DNA of 64,000 nucleotides, from NCBI RefSeq assembly GCF_006345805.1, contig NC_043012.1, positions 25,172,001 to 25,236,000 of the forward strand, read 5' to 3'. The notes below the pieces were generated by a model that was not told the DNA's origin, made no database searches, and saw only the letters and a list, made by a program, of their open reading frames with translations. A program made the position numbers and the translations under genes. Below are positions 11,400 through 24,010 of the stretch, in pieces (position 1 is the first letter of the stretch; each line of letters opens with the position of its first letter). The DNA is from Octopus sinensis (lineage: Eukaryota).

Positions 11400-12350
11400 A
11401 GGTAACGGCACTGGTGATTACGATTTATTTACGTATTTTCTCTTATTCCCTTCTTTTTCTCATGCATTCTATTCTTTTGCCATAATCTCTTGTAACAGGT
11501 TTTCTCATTCATCTCTATTCTTAGTGCACAAAACAGTATCGTCTGCATATTTTCGATTACTGTCGAACATGCTCTTCTATTGCCAATACTGTTACGTCTT
11601 CTACTTTTTTCCGAGAATATTTTCAGTGTACATCTTAACACGATGAAGCGTGGACGCACCTCTTTGGTCGACTGATTTCATTGTTTTAAAGTGAAAGTTT
11701 TTTCTTGTTTGGTTCTTACGACAGTTTTTGCTAGAAGTAATTTCCGGCTACTATTTGGAGGTTTCTCCTACGTATCCCCCATTCTAATTGGCATTCACTT
11801 ATTTTGCATATTTTATTCCGTCTAATGCATAAAAAAATCATGTGTAGAACTGTTTCACATTAGTACGATATTCCGGCATAAGTTGTACAGAGGCTTAAAA
11901 CTATGATGTATTCTCATTTTAGCGGTGTCACGAGGTTCATTTTTGAACTCTATTCGTCATGTGAATAATTTATTCACATGACGTGGCTTATAACTTCTGT
12001 TAGACTTGAGCTTTTGGAGCTTCTTTGGTAATCAAACAAAGATAGATCAGGAGATAACTTGGCACGCGTCCCATCTCATGTATTAAACTACGTATTTCAT
12101 TAGATTTAGTTTCTGATTGCTCAATGCTTTTAAAGCTTCTGCGACTATGTCATCTGCTACAGTTGCCTTTTCACACATAAGCGTCTTTATTGCCTGTTAT
12201 ATTTCCTCTTGTAAGATTTTGTTTCCCTGAGAAACTCCGGCGCAGGACACAGCTGTTCATATCATCATAGATTTTGTTTATCTTTTCAGCCCATTTAAAT
12301 ACGATCTATGCATTAACAAACATTCTATTTCCATTTCTGCAAGTATTTTT
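11400..12350 (-). mobile_element. Old RTE-type LINE, reverse transcriptase fragment
   Basis: KYADDTVL (YADD at 11538-11549), VDQRG (GVRQG-like), IKTLMCEKATVADDIVAEALKAL (K.GKA.GPD.I..E.LK-like); multiple stops. Confidence 0.7.
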
Positions 12351-12436
12351 AATTGAACGTTGAGCCCAATCAATATATTCTCTTTGGCAGTCATTGATCC
12401 CCTACCATTCGAACCATTAATTGAGTTTTTTATTTT

Positions 12437-12664
12437 CTTTTGTTCTTTTATTTGTTTCAGTCAGTTTGACTGCGACCATGCTGGAGCAGCGCCTTTAGTC
12501 GAACAAATCGACCTCAGGACTTCTGTTTGCAGGCCCATTGCTTAATGTATCGATCTGTTTTGCCCAATCGCTAAGTTACGGAGACGTAAACACACCAACA
12601 ACAGTTGTCAAGGGATGGTAGTGAGGGGACAAACACGCACACACACATACATTTCCCCACACAG

Positions 12665-12705
<41 letters not shown>

Positions 12706-12863
12706 GATGGGCTTCTTTCAGTGTCCGTCTACCAAATCCACTCACAAGTTGATTGGCCCGAGGCTGTAGTAGATGACACTTGACCAAGGTATCACGAAGT
12801 GGGGCTGAACCAGGAAACATGTAGTTGGTAAGCAAGTTAGTTACCACACAGCCACTCCTGACC
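12437..12863 (-). mobile_element. SINE family B
   Basis: Reverse complement of the family B consensus. Confidence 0.85.
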
Positions 12864-13027
12864 TTATATATATACATTATTTTATAAAGGATGTTTTCTC
12901 CCCAGATTACCACGATCCTATCAACGGTGTATCTACTTCTAGAGGCGGTGTTATAGCTACTAAAACCTAAGTTTTAGTAGCTAAAACCACAAATGCTACA
13001 GAAGCTACATATAAGTCTTGAAATATT

Positions 13028-13608
13028 CTTTTCTACTCTAGGCACAAGGCCCGAAATTTTGGGGAAGGTGGGTGCGGACTAGATCGACCGCAGTACGTAA
13101 CTGGTACTTAATTTATCGACCTCGAAAGGATAAAAGGCAAAGTCGACCTCGGCGGAATTTGAACTCAGAACGTAAGGACAGACGAAATATCTAATTCTTT
13201 ACTACCCACAAGGGGATACTTACAGAGAGGACAAACAAGGACAGACAAACGGATTGAGTTGATTATATCGACTCCAGTGCGTAACTGGTACTTATTTAAT
13301 CGACCCCGAAAGGATGAAAGGCAAAGCTGACCTCGGCGGAATTTGAACTCAGAACGTAGTGGCAGACGAAATACCTGTTTCTTTACTACCTGCAAGGGGC
13401 TAAACACAGAGAGGACAAACAAAGACAGACAAACGGATTAAGTCGATTATATCGACCCCAGTGCGTAACTGGTACTTATTTAATCGACCCCGAAAGGATG
13501 AAAGGCAATGCCGACCTTGGCGGAATTTGAACCCAGAACGTAACAGCAAACGAAATACCGCTAAGCATTTCATCCGGTGTCCTAACGGTTCTGCCAGCTC
13601 GCCACCTT
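13028..13608 (-). mobile_element. SINE family C trimer within one 15-bp TSD
   Basis: One head plus three tandem ~180-bp bodies; AAGTCTTGAAATATT at 13013-13027 and 13612-13626. Confidence 0.9.
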
Positions 13609-14274
13609 ATAAAGTCTTGAAATATTGAATTACTAATGGCTTGTAGACACAGTATTTCGTTACACAACCATATTATGCTACGTTACCAATTTTTTCATCC
13701 TCGATCCCCTGTTTGTTTACAGTTGACGTGGCTATAATTTCTATAGAAAATATGCAGAGATTATCATAACATGTGATTTAATAACACTGCTAACACAGAA
13801 GAACACGCTATTGACCTACAAAATCGTTTAATATACTTTGTATCATATTATGGCCGCATAATGAAATACCGTGTGTCTACAAGGCATTAATGCTTACGTA
13901 CCAGCTTCAAGGAATGTGTTTAATATGCAAATTGGTATATCCAGTAACGTTACACCGCTGTATTTAGTGGCTATCTAAGCAAAGAGTTCGTGGAGGATTA
14001 ATAGGTTAAATGGGCACTGATGGAGGGGCAAAAGTTCCCAAAATAGCCCATTTTTCATTGTTTGTCTACATCTGACGTCTCGGATATGAAATGTCGAAAC
14101 AAAATCAGTGCTGGCAATAATTTCTGTGGAATATCTGTAGAGATGACCTTAGCATATTATCAGATTACTGAAAGTGATTAGGGGACAATGTTTTAAAACA
14201 TACTCGTTTATTCATGCATTTTTTGCTGCTGATCTCATTTATTTTATCGTAGATTTTAACGTTTTGTATTGGCA

Positions 14275-14465
14275 CAATCGTTAGAGTGGCAGAGAAAAAA
14301 TTCCGTGTGGTATTTCTTAACACGCCCTGGGGTTCAAATTTCACCGTTGTTATCTTTGCCTTTCACCTCTACTCTGTCGAGGAAATAATACATCGAACGA
14401 GTACTGAAGCCGATGCTATCGACTAGTCAGCTTCTCTACAAATTGCTGGATTTGTGCCTAAATCA
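14275..14465 (+). mobile_element. SINE family C, old copy
   Basis: GGGGTTCAAATTTCACC..TTTGCCTTTCA..GCTGGATTTGTGCCTAAA. Confidence 0.6.
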
Positions 14466-14559
14466 TTAATAATTTTAACACAGATTTCTTTAAATTCATC
14501 CTGGTTCTGTAAATTTTAAAATTGAAAGCATTGATCATCTAGTCATTAGTCTTGTTTTT

Positions 14560-15560
14560 CGTTTCTCTTCATTCAGGAAACATCTCTTGATTCAGGGTAT
14601 TGTATGTATTTCGCATCATTATTTTTATATTTCTTCATTTTCTTCCATTTGTTCGATGGATTATGCAGTCATTCATTTTCTTCACTTCCTTCAATCATTC
14701 AGACAATGTTTTCTTTGCTAATGTGTTACAACCCAATTTTAATTGTGAGCTATTTTCCTCCACTTTGTTCTTTACCATATCTTTATATTTTATATCCATT
14801 CTTCATTCTGTAAATATTCATCGTCACCTTGTATTTCCACGCACATTTCTGTTTGTTTTCTCTCTCCTTTCACAAACGCCATTGTTCTAGCCTTTTAACA
14901 ATCTTCATTTTATTAACTTTGAGTTCTAATTTAATTACCACTGGATTATGGTATGAATCGATATTTACTCCAGGGTACGGTTTTGCAAGCGTCACACTGT
15001 ATCTAAGCCAGTGCTTTTAACACGATATAATGTATCTGATTTCTTGGTTATGTCACCTCGACTCTTCCGCATGCATAACTTTAACGGTGACTACTGCAAT
15101 AGATTGTTGGTGACTGCTAGATGGTTTCTTTTGCATAAACAGATTACTTGGTCATCTCTATCGTTTCTTTCACCTAATATAGATTGACCTGTTATATTGT
15201 GTGTTTTCTGTCATTGTGGTTCTGGCTTCTTTTAGCTTGGTATAGATTAATCTTAATTAAATACACTGCAAGAATTCTTTACAAGTTTTCTTGTAGTTCC
15301 TTCATTACCAATATCTTTGTAATCATCCAATATCCAATAAGTGATTTATTTTGGGAGTTTTGATTTTAATTCCGTCTCTTCTTGTACTTGTATATTCCTT
15401 TACAAGAATACAACTTTGTTCGATTTTCTCATACAATTTTAGCATTATCTTTCTACTTTAAATCACATATTCCTGCGGTGTCAATATTCATTTTCTCCTT
15501 TTCAATAAAAGGATTTTATTTTTATTTGTAAAAATACTGTGCTGTTCCAAGTTCCTTCGT
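14560..15560 (-). mobile_element. Old RTE-type LINE, APE endonuclease fragment
   Basis: GTWNST (TWNVRTL-like), GERNDRDDQVICLCKRNHLAVTNNLLQ, YPGVNIDSYHNPVVIKL (YPGAD..SDH-like). Confidence 0.7.
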
Positions 15561-15985
15561 GTAAGCGCTTCTCTCTAGTTTTCTGAGAAGTAATATCAGG
15601 TATTGCCTCACACATTATTGTCTGGTGTATAGTCACATCTAGCCTTCCTATCTACAGAGATGCTCGTTTATTGTTCCCTGCAGATAGAATATGGATCAGC
15701 TAATTATTTATCCTGCAATCAAACTTCATACAAGAAACCTTAAAAGCACGTCAGCATTTCACAGATTAAAAGTTGTGACAATATTTCTTTGCCTTTATCG
15801 TAGACACTAGTGATTTGTTAATCAGTGTTCTATATCAGCGGAGAAAATATTAGACTAAGCATGCGATTGATACTGGATACTTGCTACTTATGACGCATAA
15901 ATACTCAGAAATCACGGGTTTGGGGAATTCAGCGCTGTTACCGGATGATTTTCGTATGCTACTGATACTTCTGTGCTTTTAATGC

Positions 15986-16064
<79 letters not shown>

Positions 16065-16172
16065 ATGAGAAAGAGATGTTTAGTACTAAAAAGTACAGCA
16101 AAGTATCAGTAGCAAACGACAACCGTCCAGTAACAGATGTATATATATATATATATATATATATAAACATCT

Positions 16173-16621
16173 AGGCGCTGGTGTAGATGTGTGGTAAGAA
16201 ACTTGCAATCACATAGTTCCGGGTTCAGGTCCACTGTGTGGCACTTTGGGCAAGTGTCTTCTACTATAGCCCCGGGCCTACCAAAGCCTTGTGAGTGGAT
16301 TTGGTAGACGGAAACTGAAAGAACCCGTCGTATATGTATATGTATGAGTGTGTGCGTGTGTGTGTGTGCGTGCGTGTGTGTGTGTGTGCGTGTGTGTGCG
16401 TGTGTGTGTGTGTTTGTGTCTGTGTTTGACCCCAACCATCACTTGACAACTGATGTTGGTGTGCCTACGTCACCGTAACTTAGTTGTTCGACAAAAGAGC
16501 CTGATAGAAAGAGTACTAGGCTGACAAAGAATAAGTCCTGGGTTCGATTTGGTCGACTAAAGGCGGTGCTCCAGCATCGCCGCAGTCAAATTACTGAAAC
16601 AAAAGAATAAAAAAGTAAAAG
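16173..16621 (+). mobile_element. SINE family B
   Basis: Family head, core and tail present. Confidence 0.85.
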
Positions 16622-17100
16622 TATATATAAGGAACGACCCTGCATCAGTTGTTGGCTCTTTTTCTGCTCTCGTATTTCGAACCTTTCTTTGTGTGTGTGT
16701 GTGTATGTATGTATGTATATATGTATGTAACTATCATTCCTTTGGTTTATATAATTACACAATTTCAAATATTATCCAAATTTGAATTCAAATATAATTT
16801 CTTAAAACGTTTTTCAAAACAACGTTGTTTTTTAATCATCGATTATTTTTAATTTACCCTAATCAATATATTCTCTTCGCCATTCGTCGATTCCGCATAG
16901 CTGAACCATTAACTGAAGATATTTATATATTTCTTTATTTTACAAAAGTTTCATCTTTTTGTGAAAGGTTTCTTCCCAGATTACGTAAATGCAATCAATA
17001 TTGTATTTCTGGGGACGGGGTTTCACTCAGTAAATTATTATTTCCCAACAAATACTTGAAGATACTTCACAAATTTTACATGAACCTCTTGAACTAGATG

Positions 17101-17520
17101 TAGGCGTGACTCTGTGGTAAGTAGCTTGGTTCCTACCCACATGGTTCTGGTTACAGTCCCATTGCGAACGTCTTCTACCAGAGCCTCGAATCGACAAATG
17201 CCCTGTAAGAGGATTTCGTCGGCGGAAACCGATAAAAGCCCGTCGTGAGTGTATATATGTGTATGTATGTGTGTGTGTGTGTGAGTGAGTAAGGATGTGT
17301 TTGTGCGCTGCCCCGCCCATCCACCACTTGGTAGCCAGTGTTCATGTGTTTAATTACCTGTAAATTAGCAGTTCCGCAAAAGGCTTTTGATAAAATATAA
17401 TTTCAGGCTTTATAGAATATGTATTGAGATCGTTTCGTCCGACTAAATCTCTTCGTGGAGGTGGCTCAGCATGGCCGTAGTCAAACGACTGACACATGTA
17501 TAAGAAATACAAGAAATATA
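17101..17520 (+). mobile_element. SINE family B, diverged
   Basis: Family head, core and degenerate tail. Confidence 0.75.
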
Positions 17521-17689
17521 ACAAAAATATTCTATATCTGAATAAGACAATGGTATCTTCATTTACTACGTATTCTGTATTTTGATGGCGATGGCAGGAG
17601 TTGAACGAGTGCAGAGCAGTTTCCTTTCTATATACATAGACATAGGCATATATCATATGTATAAATATGATATATGTATGTATATATAT

Positions 17690-17744
<55 letters not shown>

Positions 17745-18179
17745 AAATATTAGGGAATAAATCCAAACTTACAGGGAAAAATCAGATTTAGGATTAAATC
17801 CAATTTTATAGTATAAATATATTATATTATATTATATTGAATTAGAGATAAAACCACTATTAGGCAAATCAAACAATGAGAAACATTAGCCAATACATAA
17901 AATTTATTTATATTATTTTACTCATTGAATAAGTGCCAAGCTTAACCTAAACAATTACTGGCGTGATACATCTCCAAAGATCTCCAAAGATTTGCTGCAG
18001 TATGGCCGCTGTCTAATAACTGAGACGGGTGAAAGGTAAAAGATAAAGCCACAGAAAACTACAGTTACACAGCATTTCACGGATTACTAAATTCTCTTTC
18101 CAAGCAGTTCACCAATTAACATTTTCCCCGAAGTAACGTATTACTATCATAAATTTACGTAAACTATTAAAACCACTAC

Positions 18180-18250
18180 GCCATATGCCCGTGGGCAAGA
18201 GCGCGGGCTACTGACCCCAAGATTCCGAGTTCGATTCCAGGCAGTGACTT
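18180..18250 (+). mobile_element. tRNA-like SINE head followed by (AAT)n
   Basis: AAGAGCGCGGGCTACTGACCCCAAGATTCCGAGTTCGATTCCAGGCAGTGAC; same head on the minus strand at ~22970-23030. Confidence 0.7.
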
Positions 18251-18291
18251 GAATAATAATAAACATAATAATAATAATAATAATAAAATGT

Positions 18292-18508
18292 AGTAAAGAT
18301 TATTTGTCAACATAATGTGACAGTCCCGGTTGGGACGAATGTTACTGCTATTTAGCCCCAAGAAACATTGTATCCAGCTGGCTATACATCACACTATCTG
18401 TGTCCTTATATTTTTAGAACAAGCTGAAAACTATGTTTCCTGGTGCTAAATAGCAGTAACATCCGTCCCAACAGGGACTACCACATTATGTTGGCAAATA
18501 ATCTTTAC
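18292..18508. repeat. Inverted repeat: ~76-bp arms, ~65-bp spacer
   Basis: GTAAAGATTATTTGTCAACATAATGTG.. / ..CACATTATGTTGGCAAATAATCTTTAC. Confidence 0.85.
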
Positions 18509-18801
18509 TTTCAGAGATTTAGAAATGATTTTTCTATTTTATTGAAATAAAATTGCTTCAAATCTGCAATTAGCATAAACAGAGGCAGTATATCGCTAAA
18601 TGCTATCAAATTCTCACACATTCCTTCCCTTGTTGCAGCGCAGCGACTGCAGCCATATTGAAATGAAAACTTTTATAGGTATAAAAAACAGAGGGAATGT
18701 TGTGAGTATTTGTTAAATAAATATAGAGAACGATAAACGTGTGATTATGTATGTATGAATATGTATGCATAAATATGTGTATATATACATATATACATAC
18801 A

Positions 18802-18840
<39 letters not shown>

Positions 18841-19226
18841 TTATCTTTATATATATACCTACATACAACTAAACACACACATACATATATGTATATATTA
18901 ATTCACACCTGTCTGTCAATCTAACTGTTTTTGTCAGTCATATAGCTATATATACAAATATATATACATACATATACATATATATATATGTATATATATA
19001 CTCATATATATATATATATATATATTTTTTTTTTTTTAAATTTATTTATTTATTTATTTATATATATTCACATATGTGAGTTATTTGTGCTTCCCTGCGC
19101 CAGTTCTTGTGAGCGTGAGTGAGTGTTTTGGGGGAATATGTGCGTGCCCAACTTGAACAATACAAAATTCAAGTTGGAAAAAAATAGAGTGGTAAAGAGA
19201 TGGTGCGTAGGCGACATAGAAAAGCA

Positions 19227-19268
<42 letters not shown>

Positions 19269-19686
19269 ATGTGACTGAGCGTGAGAGAGACAAAGAAATA
19301 CAGATAGATAGAAAGGGGGCAATAAAGAAAGATAAAATAGAAGATAAAGAGAAAGAAAGAGTTGGGCAGAAATAATGAGAGAAATGAAAATAGAAAGGGA
19401 AAACAGAAAACTAATAACAAATGTATAACTTATAAACCTCATTATTTAAAAACTATTAATATTTTAAAACTTAATGGATTTTATTTTGTTTTGCCTGATT
19501 AAATCTCGATGCGATACAGAAAATAAGCTTTGGCTTCATGTTATTCCTGAGTGGTTTGTTTGTTTGTTAAAATTTATGGAGAAGCATTTATAATTAATCT
19601 GCATACGAAATATTCATCCAACTCCCTTTATCCGAAACAGAACCATTAATATTTTTAATTTTCTAAACATTACACGGATATATATA

Positions 19687-19740
<54 letters not shown>

Positions 19741-19929
19741 TCAAACATCGATGCATATTCACTCGCATGCATAGATACACACTAATATGTATACATAATC
19801 CATGATTCATCCGAAACAGCTGTCAAGCTAAGACTTCTACGTAACTACTTTTGTTTATTTTGTATTCCATAGAAATATACTCATCATACGTATTTGTAGT
19901 TATCAGCTTTTTAAATAGGTTCATATATA

Positions 19930-21160
19930 ACGGGTCATCCAATGAATAGTGGGTTTTTTTTATACTTCTTTTATTTTTCAAGATTAAGATAAACAAAGTT
20001 TTTTTTTTTAATCGAAAATATACTCTCCGCCATTTTCTACAATACTCTTCCATCTATATGGCAGACGTACAATGTCATCTTCCAAAATTCCCTTGTCCGT
20101 GACGAAAAGTTCTCCTCCAGTACTGTTCTGCCCTCGTCTACAGAATTCATATTTTTTTCGTCCAAATGATTTTTAAGACAGCGGAATATATGATAATCAG
20201 ATGAAGAAATGTCCAATGAATTTGTTGGGTAGGGTATCGTTTCCCAATAAAACTGCTCCAGCCTTTGGAATGTCATTCTCGCTGTATGTGGCCGAGCATT
20301 ATCCTGATGGAAGAACGCCTTTTGTCATGGAATCAAAAATGGTCATTTTTCTTCTAGCTTTGATTTTAGCCGCTCACGCTGATCGCAGTGGATCTTTGTT
20401 ACCGTTTGGTTTGGGTTTAAGAGTTCAAGGTTGACTAAACCTTTCATATCCCACCAATCAGAATACAACACCTTACATGGGTGTAAACCTTCTTTAGCGT
20501 GAGGCGCCGGTGTTTCTCCTTTCCCTACTCGCCGTCTTCGGCGCTTGATATTTTTATCGAGAAGCCATTTTTCGTCACCAAGTCATTACACGAAACAAAA
20601 AAAGGTTCATCTGTAAGACGTGACAGCAAAGAAGATCACACATTCACTCTGCGCACGATTAAACTTGGAAAGCTTGTTAGGAACCTATTGACCCAATTTC
20701 CTGACTTTTCCGATGGCATGCAGATGTGGATAAATGGTTGAATGACCAAACCCAAGCTTTTCTGCTAGTACCTCAACAGCTACGATGGGATTTTGTTCCA
20801 CTAGGTTTGGCAGGATACCCTCGTCTAGCTCTACAGATCTCCCAGGATGAGGCTCGTCTTCTAGGATGTAGTTTGCGGCTCGGCATTTCTGGTATTTCTT
20901 GGAATTTCTGGAACCACCGTTGACACTGATTTACGCTTATTGTCCGATCCCTTCCCGTTGTGTTGCTGCTTTTATTGAACTCAAAAAGCAAATTACGCAG
21001 AATATGCTCCTTTGTCACCTCCGTTATAGCTTTGAAAGCATAACTAATGAAACCGAACTGCACTCTTCAAAACTTGAACTAAGAATAAGTAAAAAGGTAA
21101 ATTTACTTAGCTGTTGAACGGTGTAGTGTTTGCAATGCTAACATTTTTAGTTAGCGGATT
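19930..21160 (-). mobile_element. Decayed near-full-length mariner transposon
   Basis: KEHILRNLLFEFNK, NYILEDEPHPGRSVELDE, LAEKLGFGHSTI, WETIPYPTNSLDISSSDYHIFRCLKNHL; TIR-like TA-ACGGGTCATCCAAT at the left end only. Confidence 0.85.
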
Positions 21161-21311
21161 AGTGATTAGCGAAGCTAACTTTTTGGTCAGCTGTGCCCAC
21201 CACACACACACTCTCTCTCTCCCTCCCTCCCTCCCTCCCTATCTCTCTACATATATATATATGTATATATGTATATACATACATATATATGTATATATAT
21301 ACATATAGATG

Positions 21312-21360
<49 letters not shown>

Positions 21361-21374
21361 AAATATATATATAT

Positions 21375-21390
21375 AAGACCCTTATTGTTA

Positions 21391-21440
<50 letters not shown>

Positions 21441-21845
21441 TAACAATAAGGGTCTTTGCAACAAGTTGATAGACCACATAGTGAAAATTTTAGAAATAGC
21501 AGCCAGAGGACTGCTATTTCCTTTTACTACAAAAATATGTCTCCACAGACAACAATATTTGTAACTCATATATGGCAAAAAAAGAAGAAAAATAACGAAA
21601 TCAAACAGTCCACGGTCAATTATGGACGCACGTTTCTAGATTAGAATCATAAGATTAATTTCCTTCATCAACATAATACTATGTTTGATTTCGTTATTTT
21701 TCTTCTTTTTTTTCTTGCCATATATGAGTTACAAATATTGTTGTCTGTGGAGACAAGGAAATAGCAGTCCTCTGGCTGCTCTTTCTAAAATTTTCGGTAT
21801 GTGGTCAAGCAACTTGTTGCAAAGACCCTTATTGTTATAATTATA
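21375..21845. repeat. Nested fold-back: arms ~21432-21607 / 21682-21845 plus a small palindrome 21375-21455 centred on (TA)n
   Basis: TATAACAATAAGGGTCTTTGCAACAAGTTG / CAACTTGTTGCAAAGACCCTTATTGTTATA and other matching blocks. Confidence 0.9.
21619..21677 (-). ncRNA. Hammerhead motif in fold-back loop, C3U variant
   Basis: ATTATG-TTGATGA-28 nt-GAAA-CGTGCG-TC-CATAAT; 6-bp stem I, near-palindromic helix III, GUC triplet. Confidence 0.65.
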
Positions 21846-21946
21846 CAAACTTTTACCGAATATGGTCCTTTTCCATACCGAAGTGCTACTAGGTGAAATT
21901 TGTTGATTTTATTAAATTAATTATATTTCACCCTTTATCTGTAATG

Positions 21947-22019
<73 letters not shown>

Positions 22020-22269
22020 TATATATAATGTGTTGGAGAATGCTAAAGCAAGTGTAGTAGTTATATATTCGTGAATAGTCCGCAGTTGAATTTGAACATA
22101 AAATTCCAACAATTCTATTTAAGGCTGATTGTTCCAGTGTAGGATGTCGGCTATTAAACTGACATTTGTCAAGAGGCTAGAAGATTAGAAAGACTGACCA
22201 ACACAAGTAAGCTTAAAGAGTAGATAAGCATTGAATACAAAATAAACATGGAATTATGTGTTACTGTTA

Positions 22270-22412
22270 TCTTGACAGCTGTTACGGCTGAACTAGCTCT
22301 TAAGCCATAGACATGTCTATAATATAATAAAGAACCATAATGTCGTAGGTTCATAATGTCAAGCAAAGTTTTGTAGATGTTTGAGGCGACGCCATGCATC
22401 CACATCAGAAGA
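22270..22412 (-). ncRNA. Decayed hammerhead with ~116-nt helix II insertion
   Basis: TCTT-CTGATGT-GG..CC-GTAA-CAGCTG-TC-AAGA; stem I and helix III intact, two core substitutions. Confidence 0.45.
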
Positions 22413-22699
22413 ATATATATGTACAGGTGTGTGTGTGTGTTTGTGTGTGTGCACGTGAGTGCGTTCGTGTGCGTATAATACTGTTTAGTCGGCGAGGATT
22501 CCCAGGATATCGTAGTTGATAATGCATGTATAGAACGATATAATCACAATGTGATATTGCCCATTGATTATAATTCCTAAGTTTTCATTCTAATTTTGAA
22601 AAATAAGCAATCGTCAAGCTTTAAATAAAATAACATTCTAGAAAAAAAGTTATTAAAAATTCACGAGTCCTGCCACATCGCGGGTTGGTTATATAGACA

Positions 22700-22921
22700 A
22701 TAGATTTGAGAGAGGAGGAATAATGTACATTATTTACATTAGATGGATATTTGTCCACATCTTGTTTGTTGTTAACACAACTTTTCGGCTGATATATCCT
22801 CCAGCCTTCATCAGGTATCTTGGGAAATTTCGAACCTGGGTTCTCATTCCTAAGGTATTTTTCGATGTTGTTGATGTTGTTGTTGTTGTTATTATTATTA
22901 TTATAATAATTATTATTATTA

Positions 22922-22958
<37 letters not shown>

Positions 22959-23030
22959 CATTATAATTCAGGTCACTGCCTGGAATCGAACTCGGAATCT
23001 TGTGGTTAGTAGCCTGCGCTCTTAACCACA
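22700..23030 (-). mobile_element. tRNA-headed SINE with (AAT/AAC)n spacer and HHR-containing tail
   Basis: Head GTGGTTAAGAGCGCAGGCTACTAACCACAAGATTCCGAGTTCGATTCCAGGCAGTGAC, then triplet repeats, then HHR. Confidence 0.65.
22774..22819 (-). ncRNA. Hammerhead motif in SINE tail
   Basis: GATAC-CTGATGA-A-GGCTG-GAGGATATAT-CAGCC-GAAA-AG-TT-GTGTT; perfect 5-bp helix II; helix III is ACGT with a C>A change. Confidence 0.65.
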
Positions 23031-23884
23031 ACAAAATATTCCCGTGGTTATATAGACGTCATCATTTATTCCAAAATATCATTATATGTTCTTGGGTATG
23101 TAGAAATATAGATGTTGAAATATGATGATAAATAAGTAGAAAATTAAGATATAGGCTCTAGGAAATAGAAAAGTGGTCTTTAGACTGAGATGGTATTCAA
23201 ATGCATACGAAATTAGAAATAGTTTAAAATTAGGTAGAATTTAGGAAATGTCAAAGAATAAGTTTACTATAGAATGAGCTATATGTAGTGCTAAGTAAAA
23301 AATGATAACGATTTATGAAAACGAATAAGATTATATGATAAAGAGAATTAAGTATTGATGCTTTTATTCAGCTCGCAGTATGATCTTCCATTTGATTAGA
23401 AGGTACTATCGAAAGTGACAGTATTTTGTAGAGATATGAGATCTCACATATAAATAATATTTAGATTTGTTAAGATATTTGATCAGCAGGTTTTTCTCGG
23501 CAGTATATAAACAGCAACTTCTTGTTCCATATTTATATCATATTCATCATACTTTGATCTTCTATTATATATTCAAATCAGTGGCATGCTTTTCATACTC
23601 CAGAGAATGTTGGAAAATTTTCTTGCATTCATCTTTGCTATATTTTTAAAGGAAGTGAGATTAAAACAATGTTGTTTATATCTACCTTCCACTGAATTAA
23701 GGTTTATGCTCCTGCTACATAAATGTTCGCATCAGTACGTTGTGTGGACGCTTTTGTTCAGCCCGAAGAATCCAAAACCAGTTACCTGGCTCCATAACGT
23801 ATAAGTGAAAGGGATCACAGCATGCCCCTTGAAAATGTCACCGGTCTGTTGTAGTGTTCAAGGACAGCGGTTTTAATGGGACAA

Positions 23885-24010
23885 GACAAGACAATTGCAT
23901 TTGCGCTAGTTACACGACTGGAATTTGAACTGAGAGAGTAGAGAGCCGGAAGAAATACCACCAAGTATTTTTTCCGGCGTGCTAATGATTTTGAAAACTC
24001 AGCGCCATTT
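23885..24010 (-). mobile_element. SINE family C, 5' fragment
   Basis: GGAATTTGAACTGAGA..CCGGCGTGCTAA..CTCAGCGCC. Confidence 0.6.

Noticed and set aside
18180-18250. Functional tRNA gene
   Set aside because: Acceptor stem and D arm are degenerate and it runs into (AAT)n; behaves as a SINE head.
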